From contig OZ024741.1 of NCBI GenBank assembly GCA_964016885.1, positions 46,438,001 through 46,502,000 of the forward strand: 64,000 bases of DNA, written 5' to 3'. Shown in pieces: positions 1 to 14,756 of the stretch. The stretch's first letter is position 1. Each line of letters opens with the position of its first letter. Both the position numbers and the translations under genes were made by a program. The notes under the pieces were generated by a model that was given only the letters and a program-made list of their open reading frames with translations, did no database searches and was not told where the DNA came from. This stretch comes from Eledone cirrhosa. Its lineage: Eukaryota.

Positions 1-627
1 ACTGACTCATTAATATATACCTATATACATAATAGTTATTCAAATATTTATAACAATAAGTACTTCAAAAGATTTACATACCTAATATGTTGAGTTATTT
101 GTTAAACTTTAGAGTTAGGTAATTAATCAACAGTATAATATTTCATTCTTTACGTGCCAGCTAAATCCTTTAAAATGTTATTCTCACAATTCAGAAGTTT
201 AGAAATGATAACACACTTATCGAATTTATATAAATAATATATAATTAAATAGCAAATAATCCTGAAATCTGGAGTCTTCACATTAATATTATAAATTAAA
301 TATTTCCAAATTCTAACCGTTTAAATATCGACCCCCCACCCACACACACACTTTACCTTTCCCTCCTTATAAATCTTTTTCCAGTGGCTATCACTGGCTG
401 TTATGATTCACGAGGCGTTTCCCTAGATATTATCGTATCATACAATTTAAAATTTTAGAACACTTTAAGTATGCAACGTTTTTTCTTACTCACACATTCT
501 CTAATGAATTCATTACGTTTTCGCACTCTCACACAGATAGTATATAAGCAACATTTTCTATCGGGTAATCACTACCTTGATTAAATCTTAACCATTTAAT
601 ATCTCAGGGTATGTCATGTATCATTAT

Positions 628-680
628 ATTTTGTCTGATGAGGACGTATTGTTGTACATCCGAAATATGTATAATAAAAT
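628..680 (+). ncRNA. Minimal type-I hammerhead ribozyme (Penelope pLTR-type)
   Basis: ATTTTGT-CTGATGA-GGACGTA ttgttg TACATCC-GAAA-T ATGT A-TA-ATAAAAT. Stems I and II and the core are present. AATAAA overlaps the 3' end and (TA)n follows at ~727. Confidence 0.8.
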
Positions 681-720
681 GTAATTGATCAAAAGAACAT
701 CTATTTTATTAATACTTATA

Positions 721-794
<74 letters not shown>

Positions 795-795
<1 letters not shown>

Positions 796-992
796 AGATG
801 GATTCAGTTTGAAACTGGTTAGACCATTACTCAGCAGAGTACTCGATACTGGGGATAGTAGAGTATGGTTATATTAGAAAGAGTCGGGGCCCGACTGATA
901 AGCTTTTGCCGTTTCAACAGCTAGTTCCATACTGTCTGTAACTCTGGAACTAGCTGTTGAAACGGCAAGAGATCAGCCGCCAGCCCGACTCT
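795..992. mobile_element. Fold-back Penelope-like terminal fragment
   Basis: Inverted arms TTGCCGTTTCAACAGCTAGTTCCA / TGGAACTAGCTGTTGAAACGGCAA between microsatellites, with the tail motif on the minus strand at ~835-870. Confidence 0.5.
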
Positions 993-1071
993 CTCTCTCT
1001 CTCACTCTCTCTCTCTCTCACTCTCTGTCTCTCTGTCTCTCTGTCTCTCTCTCTCTATATATATATATATA

Positions 1072-1380
1072 TAGTAAAATAAAATAAAACAAAACAAGGA
1101 CGATTGGTTACTCCTTCATTACGTTTATTGGTTGGTGACATGCGTTTCGCAGATTACAGAGTCGGGCTAGATCGATACAGATCGAACCTTGAACTGATCA
1201 GTGGCAAAACGCGTGTCACCAACCAATAAACGTAATGAAGGAGTAGCCAATCGTCCTTGTTTTATTTTATTTTACTATAATACACTCTGTCTAGCTCTAC
1301 ACCTCGACACTGAAGTGAACCTAAACATCAAGTGCTCACTCGGGTGAACCTACAGTAACTCCAAGTTACACTCCCTGGAT
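1072..1380. mobile_element. Fold-back Penelope-like terminal fragment with hammerhead 3' half
   Basis: Arms 1072-1148 / 1205-1278. The minus arm reads GAAAC-GCAT-GTC-ACCAACC-AATAAA. A ~100-nt tail runs into (TA)n. Confidence 0.65.
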
Positions 1381-1404
1381 ATATATATATATATATATAT
1401 ATAT

Positions 1405-1467
<63 letters not shown>

Positions 1468-1471
<4 letters not shown>

Positions 1472-1712
1472 AACAAGATATCGTTATAGGTAATCCAATT
1501 AGAGGTTGTGAATACTTCTTATCATGGATAGTTTAGCGTACGGCGTTGTATGACTCAACAAGAGGTTTCCTTAGGTGACGAGTTTATGATTTCACTTGTA
1601 TTCCTATGTAAGTTTATCTTGGAGTAATAAAATTGAAAAAGTGGAGAATAACATGGTCAACAGTTTTTTTTTTTTTTGTACTGTTGACCATGTTATTCTC
1701 CACTTTTTCAAT
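1468..1712 (-). mobile_element. Penelope-like terminal fragment, same family as 7727-8336, with short fold-back
   Basis: 1468-1650 is the reverse-complement homolog of 8150-8336. Hairpin GAAAAAGTGGAGAATAACATGGTCAACAGT / ACTGTTGACCATGTTATTCTCCACTTTTTC. Confidence 0.6.
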
Positions 1713-1730
1713 TATATATATATATATATA

Positions 1731-2910
1731 TCTAGCAGTCTCTCTCTCTCTCTGTTAGCCTCTTCCTCAACTTTCACTCACTCACTCTCTGTCACTACCT
1801 CTCCTCCTCCCCTTTCTTCCCGTTTGACCTGTCCGTAATCCTTTTCTCGCGGGCACTTGGCCAAGCCGGTATGAATTTTTTTTCTCTCTCTCTCGTCTGC
1901 GACTTCACAGAACTTATGTTTACCGAATTCGCAGACCAGACCCCTTCTTCCTCCCGTTAGACCTGTGCGAAATTCCTTCCTTGCTCACATTTCAACCAGG
2001 TTTGATGGTCTTTATTCTCTCGTTCACGATTCCACCGAATTTATATTCATAGAAATCTGGGACTTGTGTCTTCTTCATCACTTTCTGTTGCTTAAACCAT
2101 TTTGTTTGTTTACCCTAGCGTCCCCCTTATTTACGTGTCCCAACGACTTTTTTTAGCCGTTGCTCGCACCAACCTGAGGTATATGGCCTTTAATGCGACG
2201 AAATGCCTACGACGGTTGGAAGGCCACTGATGAGGACAAACTTTTTCATATGTAACCCATTTGCAGCGCCCCAGCTCCATTATTATCATATTTACACATA
2301 TAATTTTTCCTCCGCTGCCACCAGTCTGTTTCGTTCTTTGTGTCTTTACCCTTTCTAGCAGTCTCTCTCTCTCTGTTAGCCTCTTCCTCACCTTTCACTC
2401 ACTCACTCTCTGTCACTACCTCTCCTCCTCCCCTTTCTTCCCGTTTGACCTGTCCGTAATCCTTTTCTCGCGGGCACTTGGCCAAGCCGGTATGAATTTC
2501 TTTTCTCTCTCTCTCGTCTGCGACTTCACAGAACTTATGTTTACCGAATTCGCAGACCAGACCCCTTCTTCCTCCCGTTAGACCTGTGCGAAATTCCTTC
2601 CTTGCTCACATTTTAACCAGGTTTGATGGTCTTTATTCTCTCGTTCACGATTCCACCGAATTTATATTCATAGAAATCTGGGACTTGTGTCTTCTTCATC
2701 ACTTTCTGTTGCTTAAACCATTTTGTTTGTTTACCCTAGCGTCCCCCTTATTTACGTGTCCCAACGACTTTTTTTAGCCGTTGCTCGCACCAACCTGAGG
2801 TATATGGCCTTTAATGCGACGAAATGCCTACGACGGTTGGAAGGCCACTGATGAGGACAAACTTTTTCATATGTAACCCATTTGCAGCGCCGCAGCTCCA
2901 TTATTATCAT
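1731..2910 (+). repeat. Tandem duplication (~620-bp period) of a non-coding repeat between (TA)n tracts
   Basis: 1731-2290 is nearly identical to 2354-2910. A diverged inverted copy lies at 17640-18184. Confidence 0.85.
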
Positions 2911-3002
2911 ATATATATATATATATATCATCCGGGAACAGTTCTGTATGGCGCCAGTTCGTGATTTGAACTCGGGAATTTTATATTCTCCAAGTGAGAA
3001 GA

Positions 3003-3086
3003 ACCCTCTGACGAAAGTTTCCTTCTCAATGGTGTTCCGCATGGATTATCCATTTATTTTGAGACTTGAAACCGCACGGTAAAGGT
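3003..3086 (+). ncRNA. Type-I hammerhead ribozyme with extended loop II
   Basis: ACCCT-CTGACGA-AAGTTTC...GAGACTT-GAAA-CCG CA CGG-TA-AAGGT. Stem I has one mismatch. It lies in a ~230-bp island between (TA)n tracts. Confidence 0.75.
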
Positions 3087-3154
3087 AAATGTAGTAAGTA
3101 CAGTAAACTTTTTAAAATTTATTTTAAAACTTTTTCTCTATTTGCTAAACCTTG

Positions 3155-3389
<235 letters not shown>

Positions 3390-4989
3390 CCAGCGGTCTT
3401 TATCATGTTCGTGAATTCTTCGATGGTTACGCTTGACCAGACTTGTGATATTATATCTTTCTGATCTCTTTCACTGCCAATCTATAAACTCCTTTGATTG
3501 AGCTGAATCCTTTTGTTCCATATTTTCTCGCAATATTTTTCAATTTCTCTTGATGTTTGGTGTGTCAGAATTATAATTATTCTCCTCTGTGTGTTTCCCT
3601 AAAACTCGCAGATAACCCCTGTCTTGAACACGTAGCTGATTTCGTTTTTATTGATTATCACTGGTTATCCAGAAAAGTTAGGATTGAATTTTCTCTTCAC
3701 AATCACAAAAAATTCTGTACGACTGAAAAAGAACAAAGTACTGAGAGTTAGTGTAGGACTACCACAGAAATGAGTTGAGGACACCTGGCATTCTATTATT
3801 TTTAATTATGGAATTAGTTAATGATTTTCACATACATCTGTATCAGTTTATTCTAAGATCTAGTAGGTACATGTTATATTATGTATGATTGAGAAGGTCA
3901 AATATAACCGAAATATGCCATTTGTCCCGATACTAATCTTCGATATGACTCACTTCCTACTGAATGTCCCCATTTAATTTTTTTATTGATTTGAATCTCA
4001 GTGTTATCTCCCTTGGCTTATTTGACAAAAATTCTCATTAACTCTAAGGATTTCTATTCTCAATACAGGTCTGATTTCTATTGATTAAATATCACTTTTG
4101 GCTTACTGTAATACGTATCTTATCCTACACTTAACTATATTGATTTGTGTTTCATTGTTCTTCTGTAAAAAGTTACTCTCTGCAAGTGGTATTCTTGCTC
4201 TCGTTTATCAACATAGAAATATATTCAGTAGTGGTTTCTTTAGTGAAAGGAAAACAACAGGAATATACAACACAACGTGTTAATTTTGTCTACACTTTGC
4301 AGTTAGACACTTAGATTTATTAGTTTTGTTTCACGTCTCGTGACCTTGCACTTCGACAAAGGTTGTGAACTGGAATTAATTCTTTCATAAATTCGTTTAA
4401 ATAAAAAATCTGGTCGTTTCACCATGTATAATATTCGGAAACTTTCTGTTATTATTCCATTTTTTTTTTTTTGTTTTTGTTTTAGTACTTCTTTTTTTTT
4501 TTTTTTTGTCTACACTATATTTTGCCATTTAGAATATGACAACCATATTCTTCTTCTGCATCTTTTCAACAACATTTATGTTATTTTATATTCTAAATTT
4601 TTTGAAAATCAAGTCATACCATAGAACTGCTTTTGTGATAATCTTTTTCTATATTATGATGGTAATTTACAGAAAGCATCTATTTATTCTCGAGACAGGA
4701 ATTTACTGAAAATTCTTGGTTAACAACATAACATATATAGTTAGGTTGTACATAAATAGCTTTCTCTGGTGTTTTGTATCTCTACATCCAACAATACTCG
4801 ATGTGATTCATCTACAGTGTTGAATACTGTTGTTGGAGGGGGTTGGTTCCCTACCTCCTGGAAGTATTCCACACGATGAATATCTAGGACTAAATTATTA
4901 CTTGTTCTTCCGTTTTTAGGGAGTTAGCGCTGAGTTCTTGTCTTACTTGGTAGATCTGGAAGAAAAGGTAGCGTCCTTGGCTTTCATAG

Positions 4990-5330
4990 GCCCTCCGAGA
5001 CCGAAGGGAACGATGCCGTTAATGTTTTGTATAAATGGTTTAGGTCTCCTCTTCTGAGAATTTCATGGACAGGGAGAGTGTTCCAGAAATGGCAAACACT
5101 TTAGATAGAAAAAATGGGCTTAGGAGTTAGTGTGGAGCCGATGATGGGGGCTGGACACACCATAGTTGATGAGAGAGGAAGAGAGACACATGCCTGAGTG
5201 GGAGTGGCGTGTGACCAAGCAAACTCCAGAGAGTGGTGGCCATTGTACTGATGGTAGACGAGACAGAGAAAGTAAACACCACACGAGTCAGTCATAGGCT
5301 GAAGTAGGTTGCTATTTGCAGCAGGTCAAG
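4990..5330 (-). pseudogene. Decayed CR1/L2-like LINE 3' remnant
   Basis: Minus strand has LCLVYHQYNG..SLE and a downstream WNTLP-like segment resembling the CR1-group ORF2 C-terminus. Heavily degraded. Confidence 0.35.
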
Positions 5331-6411
5331 TAACCATATAGTAACTTCGTTTTAATCTGAGCATCGTACTGTGCTATTATATGTAATACACGAACTTTTC
5401 AGTGGAGTCCCACGATGCAGTAGGTTATGGAACTCACCATTTCCATTCAGAATATTCTAAATAAATGACAAACGACGTTTCTCAGAGAAGCCATTTTGAA
5501 AAGAAAATGCTAAATTTAATGTTTAATAATCGGTTCTGTATTTATTTATTCAATTTATGCATTGATTTACTTCTGTTTTCAATGAATTAACTTTGGCAAA
5601 CAATCAAAACTATTTTATATTTGACCTTGCATGTTCAAACACAAAAGTCATGGCTGCTTTTCTGTTTGTATTTGTCTGTTTGTGTGTCCCGTTGAGACAA
5701 AAATCACCTGAGGCATGATCTTTTTTAGGATGAAGAAATATTTTTGAACATTGTACACAAAATCACAGACTGACATGAATTCTGAAAACAAAAGAAAATA
5801 TTCCATAGAACCAAACATATTTTAGAAATATTTCATTCCAAACTTGCTCCATAGTATTCAAATGTAAATATTTGTTCACCAAAATAGTTTTAAATGTTAA
5901 TAGTTTTTAAAAGAATATTTTTGAATTTAATTCTATTTTTTCTTTACTCTTTTTACTCCCTAGTCTTTACTTCTTTCGCTTTGCTTCGGTAAAAGCAAGG
6001 TTTTGCAAGTTGATTTATTGAATATATTAAAAGAAACATTGATTTTCTTATTACCAAGAAATAATTAGAGTCGTATAATGTTGATTGAAATAACCAGCAC
6101 CAGCATATAACTAGCACATAGTCTATTGAATGTGGTGTGAGAAAGGAGGCATAAATAATCTCGTCAACCATGCAAAGAACACGATTCATTATGTATTTCA
6201 TTCGCATGTTTTAGTCTCAAACAAACACACATATATATACATGTATAATGTGTTTCAAACGTCAAACTCTATAGGAAATGTATTTAACACTATAATTTCA
6301 GATTATGATGGTCATGAGAATGTCCTTACGATGAACATTAGAAATCCATGATAGGAATAACGAAATAAAAACAAAACAAAACAATAGTTTATACCTTCAT
6401 CTTATATTTCA

Positions 6412-6600
6412 TAATTGTTTCTACTTTTGGCACAAGGCCAGCTATTATCCAGTGCAATACTGGTACTTTATTTTATCGACCCCGTAAGGATGGAAGGCAA
6501 AGTTAACCTCGGCGGGATTTGAACTCAGAATGGCAAGGAGCGTAACTCTATGCGTCAAAGCATGGCGTCAGACCCTCTACCGATACTGCCAATCCACCAT
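6412..6600 (-). mobile_element. tRNA-derived SINE (family A)
   Basis: GGCACAAGGCCAGC...TTTATCGACCCCGTAAGGATG...CCTCGGCGGGATTTGAACTC, with B-box GAGTTCAAATCC on the minus strand. Homologs at 31545-31985, 44585-44780 and 63170-63612. Confidence 0.75.
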
Positions 6601-7278
6601 GTGGATTATTTCATAATATTTCGAGGTTAGGACCTCCTTTTCAAAAGTAAAGAAATATGGTATAATGTTGACGACGATCTACGGCAGGGAAATTGGGATG
6701 GTGGATTGGTGACATGCGCAAACTGATGAAGTCAGAATAGCCAATCGATTACAAGCAGCTCACGTCTGCTGTTTATGATTGCACTCGTTCTATTGATGAG
6801 AATAGCCACTTTGATACACACATTTTAAACGTTTTGTTTCGTACCCTCTATGACGATATCTTCAGTGTAGCTTTTCTGCAAGTGTTTTTATTTTTTGCCA
6901 CAACAAGCACCCTTATCGCTGTATTCTTTAATCCATATATGTAATTTAAGAACAGTGCTTTTTAATGAATGAGACATCCCTTATATTACAAATTATCTTG
7001 TACACTACATAAGACTTTGGGCATATGTCCCCAATGTTGATAGAACTGTTAGTAAATATCCATATGTTGTTGTTGTTGTTGTTGTTGTTGTTGTGAAGTT
7101 GGACTTTTGACAAGAACTTACTCGGTGAAGGCCCGAAATGCACTAGTTGTATTTCAGCCTCTTCCTGCTGAACGCTTGACGGATAGAAGCGATATTTCTC
7201 TCATTGAAATATTGTAACTTTAGGTAGTATATGCCATCCCTTCGGTGGTGCTTCATCCATATATCCATATATATATAC

Positions 7279-7726
<448 letters not shown>

Positions 7727-7727
<1 letters not shown>

Positions 7728-8332
7728 GGGAAAGAGTGGAGAATAACATGATTGGCTGTACAAAAAGGGTTTTATTTGAAGTATTAACAATTGTTTCATT
7801 GATCAAATAAGTTTAAAGTCCGCTAATCATTAAAATTTATGTCACTCGACTTTAAATACAGTGTGTCTCTGATCAAATCATCGGAATACTGAAGGATGTA
7901 ATAGAGGGCACTGGTATTTATAGATACATTAGAGAATCAAGTAAATGAAAACAATAACATCAATAATAATAACACCAATAATAAAAAATGAAATAATGAA
8001 ATGATAAAAATTACTAAAAATAAAAATAATAAAAAGATAAAAAATATGGTTATTGATAATAGTAGTAGTGGTGGTATATGAAGTTATTTAGACTTATTTG
8101 ATCAATGAAACAATTGTTAATATTGTAAATAAAACCTTCTTGTACAACCAACCATGTTATTCTTCACTCTTTCACTATTATTACTCCAAGAATCACCTGC
8201 ATAGGTATTCTCGTAAACTCGCCACCAAACTAAGGAAACTTGTTGAGTCAAACAACGCCGTACGTTAAAACTATCCACATTACAGAGTACTCACAACCTC
8301 TAACTGGATTACCCCAAACGATAACTTATTAT

Positions 8333-8336
<4 letters not shown>
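7727..8336 (+). mobile_element. Inverted-arm Penelope-like terminal fragment
   Basis: Arms ~7728-7817 / 8089-8172 with GAAAC-AATT-GTT and AATAAA. The tail runs to (TA)n at 8336. Confidence 0.6.
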
Positions 8337-8380
<44 letters not shown>

Positions 8381-8414
8381 CACTAGCTCTGTCAGTTTGG
8401 CAGGTGAACAATGA

Positions 8415-8460
8415 GCTGTACTGATGAAGGGTGATACCCAAAAACATTAGTATCTGCAGT
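8415..8460 (+). ncRNA. Degenerate hammerhead motif
   Basis: CTGATGA-AGGGT gat ACCC-AAAAC-ATTA-GTA. GAAA is mutated to AAAA. Confidence 0.4.
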
Positions 8461-8633
8461 TCTGTTCGCATGTCAACACAAGAGCAAGAATGAAGTGTTC
8501 ATTCTACTGACATGGCTATAAAATTGAGGCTTGTTTGCATAATTGCAAACGAATCGAATGTTATTATTGATATTCGAAAAACTCAGATTACATTTATTGT
8601 ATTCAGCCATGTAAAGCAAAAAAGTTTTCTTTT

Positions 8634-8704
<71 letters not shown>

Positions 8705-8707
<3 letters not shown>

Positions 8708-9004
8708 GGGCGAAGGGGGCGTGCATGCAACGCATGCGGTGCATGCAACGCATGCGGTGCATGCGTTATAGAATCTTGAGTTGATCAATTGCGTCGGTTG
8801 AAGCAAGCAGAATTTTAGGTGCTTACTAAATCGCAGACACATAAAAAGATAACACACACGCACACACACTAGATAACACTACATGCGGCTTTGACCGGGA
8901 GGGTCATTTAGAGGGAAATCGGGAGGGGTAAGGCTGCACAGCCCCACTTCCCGCCATGGTGATTGGACTGCATGCCCTGCTTTCCAGGTTACCCTTCGCC
9001 ACTG
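8705..9004. mobile_element. MITE with hAT-like TIRs
   Basis: TIRs CAGGGGCGAAGGG / CCCTTCGCCACTG, flanked by (TA)n on both sides. Internal 18-bp tandem repeat GTGCATGCAACGCATGCG. Confidence 0.75.
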
Positions 9005-9021
9005 ATATATATATATATATA

Positions 9022-10287
9022 CTAGCATTAAAGCCCGGCGTTGCTCGGGGTCATTAAGTTACCAAAGTTAGGTTGCACCACCCATTTTATGGCAGCACTT
9101 TTTTGTCTGCCAGGCACTGGGTGAATGAATTGCAGACCTGGAAGCAGGAGCTGCGCCAGCAGTGACAATTGTAGTTTCGCCTATGGATATTATCTCTGTG
9201 CAAAAAAGTGTTGAAATTTAATGTTTCACAGTACTTGCGCAACACGCGCGTAGACGATGCCAGCCGAACAACAGAGCTGCGATGGAGTTGTTCTGCATGG
9301 TTGTCTGTGTGTTTTCTAAATTTAAGACAGTAGAGAGTGGTGTGATATGGGGAGAGTTAGCTGCTGTTTCTAGCAGGTTTAGTGACCTCATAGAAGATAT
9401 ATTTTCTAAATTTAAGACAGTAGGGAGGGGTGTGATATGGGGGAGAATTAGCTGCTGTTTCTAGCAGGTTTAGTGACCTCATAGAATATATGTTTTCTAA
9501 ATTTAAGACAGTAGGGAGGGATGTGGTATGGGGGAGAGTTGGCTGCTGTTTCTAGCAGGTTTAGTGACCTCATAGAGGATATTATTGTTTATCATTATCT
9601 ATAAAAGGCAGATTGTTGTTGTTGTTGTGTGTGTGCACATGTTCCATGTTTATACATTTGCACAATTTCAAACCGATTTGACTCAAAGTCTGTAAGAATC
9701 CACGTTCGTTGAGAGGTTTTAAAAAAGATTTATCGCTTGTTGTTGAATAATGTATCTGTTGCTTTTGAATAATTGTCGTTTCGTATGAAATGTAATAATT
9801 GAGCAACTAAAAGTTAGTGTGGTTATAAATCACGCACGTTGTTTAATTGCTTTAAATGTTTTTTTATCATTTGAAGTGAGTGTGTGTTTGTATGCGTTTG
9901 TAAATAAATCAGTAAGTTTGAAGTATAAAAAAGAAAGTAGCAGAATGTGTGGGTTGTAGATAGAGGTAAGCAGATGATATGAGAGAGTAAAACGGACAGT
10001 ATCACCATCAAGCTTGGAAAGAGAAAGTAGCAGAAAGTATGAAGTTGTATAGATTTTGAATGGTAGTAGAAAGAATTTAGCAGTTTAAATGAGAGAGAAA
10101 AATCGTAAAATATTGAGTTTTATCTATTTTTTGCGTAATTGTGGGTGAAATTGAAAAAATTAGATGTTCCAAGACGCAATCGAAGCTATTTCGAATACTG
10201 AATTGTAAATTTCAATTGAAGAAATGCTATATCGTAGATTTCTATAACAAAGGAGCACGTCCACACACTGAGCTTTATAGATTATGA
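9022..10287 (-). mobile_element. Non-autonomous Helitron-like element
   Basis: Minus strand starts A|TC and ends with hairpin CCCGAGCAACGCCGGG, then CTAG|T. Inserted in (TA)n. Internal ~90-bp tandem repeats at 9310-9580. Confidence 0.65.
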
Positions 10288-10309
10288 TATATATATATAT
10301 AAGGAAATT

Positions 10310-10588
10310 AGGTTTTTTTAAATAAAAAAACAAGATATCCTACACGAGTGAGAGTATAAGGAAAAGAAATCGAAAATGCAACTCGAGTCTTTTTAAGAAT
10401 ATTCATTTATTTCCTTTACCGGTTCTTATGCTTTTAAAAAGTAGAATTGAGATGGAAGGTTTGTGGTTTAAACCCTCCATCTCCATTCTACTTTTGAAAA
10501 GCATAAGAACTGTGAAACCGGTAAAGGAAACACATAAATATTCTTAAAAAGACTCCAGTTGCATTTTCGATTTCTTTTCCTTATATAC
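10310..10588. mobile_element. Fold-back Penelope-like terminus
   Basis: ~110-bp inverted arms at 10355-10588 with hammerhead 3' half GAAAC-CG-GTA. A single-arm homolog lies at 13920-14050. Confidence 0.65.
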
Positions 10589-10928
10589 ATGCATATATAT
10601 ATATATATATATTTAAGTAAAGTTCTGAGCGTATGTGCAAAAACACTTACTCACCGTACTGTATTATTGCAGTATTGTGTTAGCTCAATGTACGTAGTCA
10701 GAGCCGTTATATGCAAAAGAAACCAAAGAACGGTTACATACTCAAACAGTCTTTATTCACTAACAATGTTGCACCCTCACCTTTAGGCAGGAATCATCAG
10801 AGGTCAACAAATACTGTGTTGAGTATAAGCTCCACAATAACTTAGTCACATGAACAATCAGAAATAATAATAGGGGGTTTGGAGATAGCTAACAAGGTGG
10901 TTCATGCTGTGGTTACTAATCATCACTG

Positions 10929-10970
<42 letters not shown>

Positions 10971-10985
10971 AATCATCTGGTTGTA

Positions 10986-11160
<175 letters not shown>

Positions 11161-11174
11161 ACCAGATGATTGTT

Positions 11175-11232
<58 letters not shown>

Positions 11233-11280
11233 ACCAGATGATTGTTTATATAAATATATATATTTATATATATATATACC

Positions 11281-11541
<261 letters not shown>

Positions 11542-11591
11542 TAATAAAATAATGAATAAACAAAGAAACAGTTCCTTATATTAAAAAAAAT

Positions 11592-11733
11592 TCATCATTT
11601 TACGATCGTCTCTAGGATATATATGTATTAGAGTTGGTATGCATATTCTATAGATCTATGTACAATATTTATACAAACTATCAGAGGGAATATACATACC
11701 TACACATATATATGCTGTCTTCAGAAATAATGA
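11592..11733 (-). ncRNA. Hammerhead motif with long stem/loop II (one core substitution)
   Basis: TCATTATTT-CTGAAGA-(~105 nt)-GAGAC-GATC-GTA-AAATGATGA. Stem I is 9 bp and loop III is palindromic. Confidence 0.6.
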
Positions 11734-12392
11734 TATTTGTTTATTGAAAAAAACAAAGATTCAATACAATAGGTCTGTTTGGGAACAGGTTTTGAATTGA
11801 CCAATCAGGAGATAGTGAGGGTCAAGATAGTAATATAGTAGTAGAAGAACCTTAAATTATGGGTAGAGGAAGGTAGATTTCAGTTTTGGATGGAAAAGAA
11901 TATTATGAATGAAGGATTATTTTAGGGAAGAAATAGGTCTTATGCTGACCTCAAAAATAATTTTATTTGTTCATTGAATAAAACCAACAAAGATCTAATA
12001 TATTCTGTCTGTTTGGTAAGAGGTTTAGAATTAACCAATAGAAAGTTAATAATTGGCCAAATGGTAAAATAGTAGTAATTGAAGCTTATTTTAGGGGTGA
12101 AAATAGGTCAGGTGGTCAGTAAAAGGTATACAAGCAGTTGCTGTTATAAAATAGTAATGCCAATACAAATATCTAAGGTGACCAAAGTTTTAAGATAAGA
12201 ATGTTAGTGAAAAAAATACATCTATGAAAAGAATATAAAATTAATTTAATTGATGGGTATATTTATATTGATAAAATTATACTAGTACATATAGATATGA
12301 TAAATAAGAGTTAGATGCAGTTGAAAAGTGCTGTTAAAGATGAGGGGAAATTAAAAGAATATAAAAATAATATATATATATATATATACACT

Positions 12393-12426
<34 letters not shown>

Positions 12427-12469
12427 TATATACACATACACACATATATATATATATATATATATACAC

Positions 12470-12504
<35 letters not shown>

Positions 12505-12527
12505 TATACACATACACACACACACAT

Positions 12528-12625
<98 letters not shown>

Positions 12626-13036
12626 ATGCATATATACATACATACACATATATATACACACACACATACACACTTATATATACATATAATTATGGGGGGG
12701 GGTTAAAATTATTAGTGAGAAATAGTAAATATATATAGTTTTCAAGGAACATAGAGTCATAACCTGAAGTTAAAGCATTATATATGTTTACTTAATGGTA
12801 TCAATTTTAGGAAATGATATTTGTAAGAAGGAAAGCAAAATTATGTAGTTCATCAGTAGTAGAATATTAATTATAGGTTAACTAAATTAAAAATAGTTTA
12901 TATATTAATTTCTAAAGTGTATATTAATTAGGTTTATAATATTTAAAGCAGAATTATGTAGTTCATCAGTAGTAGAATATTAATTATAGGTTAACTAAAT
13001 TAAAAATAATTTATATATTAATTTCTAAAGTGTATA

Positions 13037-13438
13037 TTAATTAGGTTTATAATATTTAAAGGTTTTTCTCAGTTTATGATTACACGATATTATTAATTCC
13101 TGTCGCTTATTTAATAGGATATCCTTAGATTTCATTATTTCGAAAAGTTCTTGGGAACATAATCTACATTCATTTCTACTATTTTGATAAGGGGTGGCCC
13201 TTTTGAGCACACTCCAGGTCAGGTCATATTCTATATTCCTCTTTCTATATCTATTAATTATTTCAGCTAGAGAAGTTGTATTAGCTAGTGCGGCATTTTT
13301 AAAACTATGTTTGTGGGTATTAAATCTTACCTTAAAATTGTTAGAGGTAGCTCCTATATATGAATAAATTGAGTCCTTAGTGTTAACTTTACATTTATAT
13401 ACTATGTTATTAACAAGGCAATTTCCTTTTAATGGAAG
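13037..13438 (-). pseudogene. GIY-YIG endonuclease domain of a Penelope-like element (open frame, 5' truncated)
   Basis: Manual translation LPLKGNCLVNNIVYKCKV...YSYIGATSNNFKVRFNTHKHSF...LTWSVLK...CRLCSQE...LLNKRQELIISCNHK...KPN*. Absent from the ORF track because it lacks an early start codon. Confidence 0.85.
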
Positions 13439-13760
13439 TAGGTTTTGAATGCATCTTCTCTTTTCATGATATCCGGATTACATTGAGTTATTCATACGGA
13501 TTGGACACTACCGTAAACTTTTGGTAGATTTATCTACATATATATATATATATATATATAAACAACCATCTGGTTTGGGAACCAACCAACCAACCGGAAA
13601 TTTATAAATTCCTAAATTTGTAAATTTATTGTAATAAATTGAAGTGAAAGCAACTGGTGCGTGTGTTTCTTATTGGCAACATGACCCTCCCAAAGTATAA
13701 CAATATCGGTTTCAACACACGTTTTCAGATAAAGAATCTTGCTAAACAAATTCAGAAACG

Positions 13761-13820
<60 letters not shown>

Positions 13821-14756
13821 TTAGGTGACACAAACAAATGAACGACTCCCTAAATCCATTTATATATATATATATATATTCCTTTTATATATATATATAT
13901 ATATAGGGGGGGGGGGTAATGAAAAGAAATCGAAATTGTAGCTGGAGTCTTTTTAAGAATATTTATCTATTTTCTTTACCGGTTTCACAGTTCTCATGAT
14001 TTTCAAAAGTAGAATTGAGCTGGAGGGTTTAAACCACAAGCCTCCATCGTAGACCTCATATCCTTCACTATAGTGGTTCTCTACCCCTTGTAAATGAAAA
14101 CATAACCCCTTTTTGCGTTTTCTTCTCTATATACTATTTTTTTTTCGTTTTTTTTTTAAGGGAAAAACCTTAAAAGATTATTTTTTGAAAAAGAAATACA
14201 AATGAAAGACACACAACTCCAGAATCATCGTCTATTGAGATGACTTTGACAGTTTTGACTTCTACCAACGGTACGGCTGGTCCAATCAGGTTCACACCGT
14301 CGGACTCAAACCAAAGCGCTGTCCAGTGGAGTAAGAGACGAGACAAAACAGTAATCTATAGCAAATAAGCCTTGACAAGTACAGATAGAATGAGGAGTTT
14401 ATGTATTTAAATTAATCACCCTTAGGTGGGGTATCCAAAGAGGATATGCTATACTTGTAACATCTAATGAGGCCAAAATATGTCGTTCACTTTCAAACAT
14501 TGGCTTGAAGAGCAGATCCAATCTCACATTACATCCACTAGTCTTTACAACTGTACTAATACTTGCTTTAGATATGAATAAGACTTTCGAACTCTAACAT
14601 CAAGAGACTCTAAAATGATGAAATGTAAATATATATATATATATATATATACATAACTTCAAAAACCTATTCAAATATATATATATATTAGGATTGGTGC
14701 TCTGAAATAGCGATGTATACATGAATGTATGTATAGTATATTTGGTGATATACTGT

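Noticed and set aside
3390-4900. Additional LINE coding remnants (also 1-300 and 45650-46520)
   Set aside because: Only faint motif hints, too degraded to assign boundaries or family by eye.
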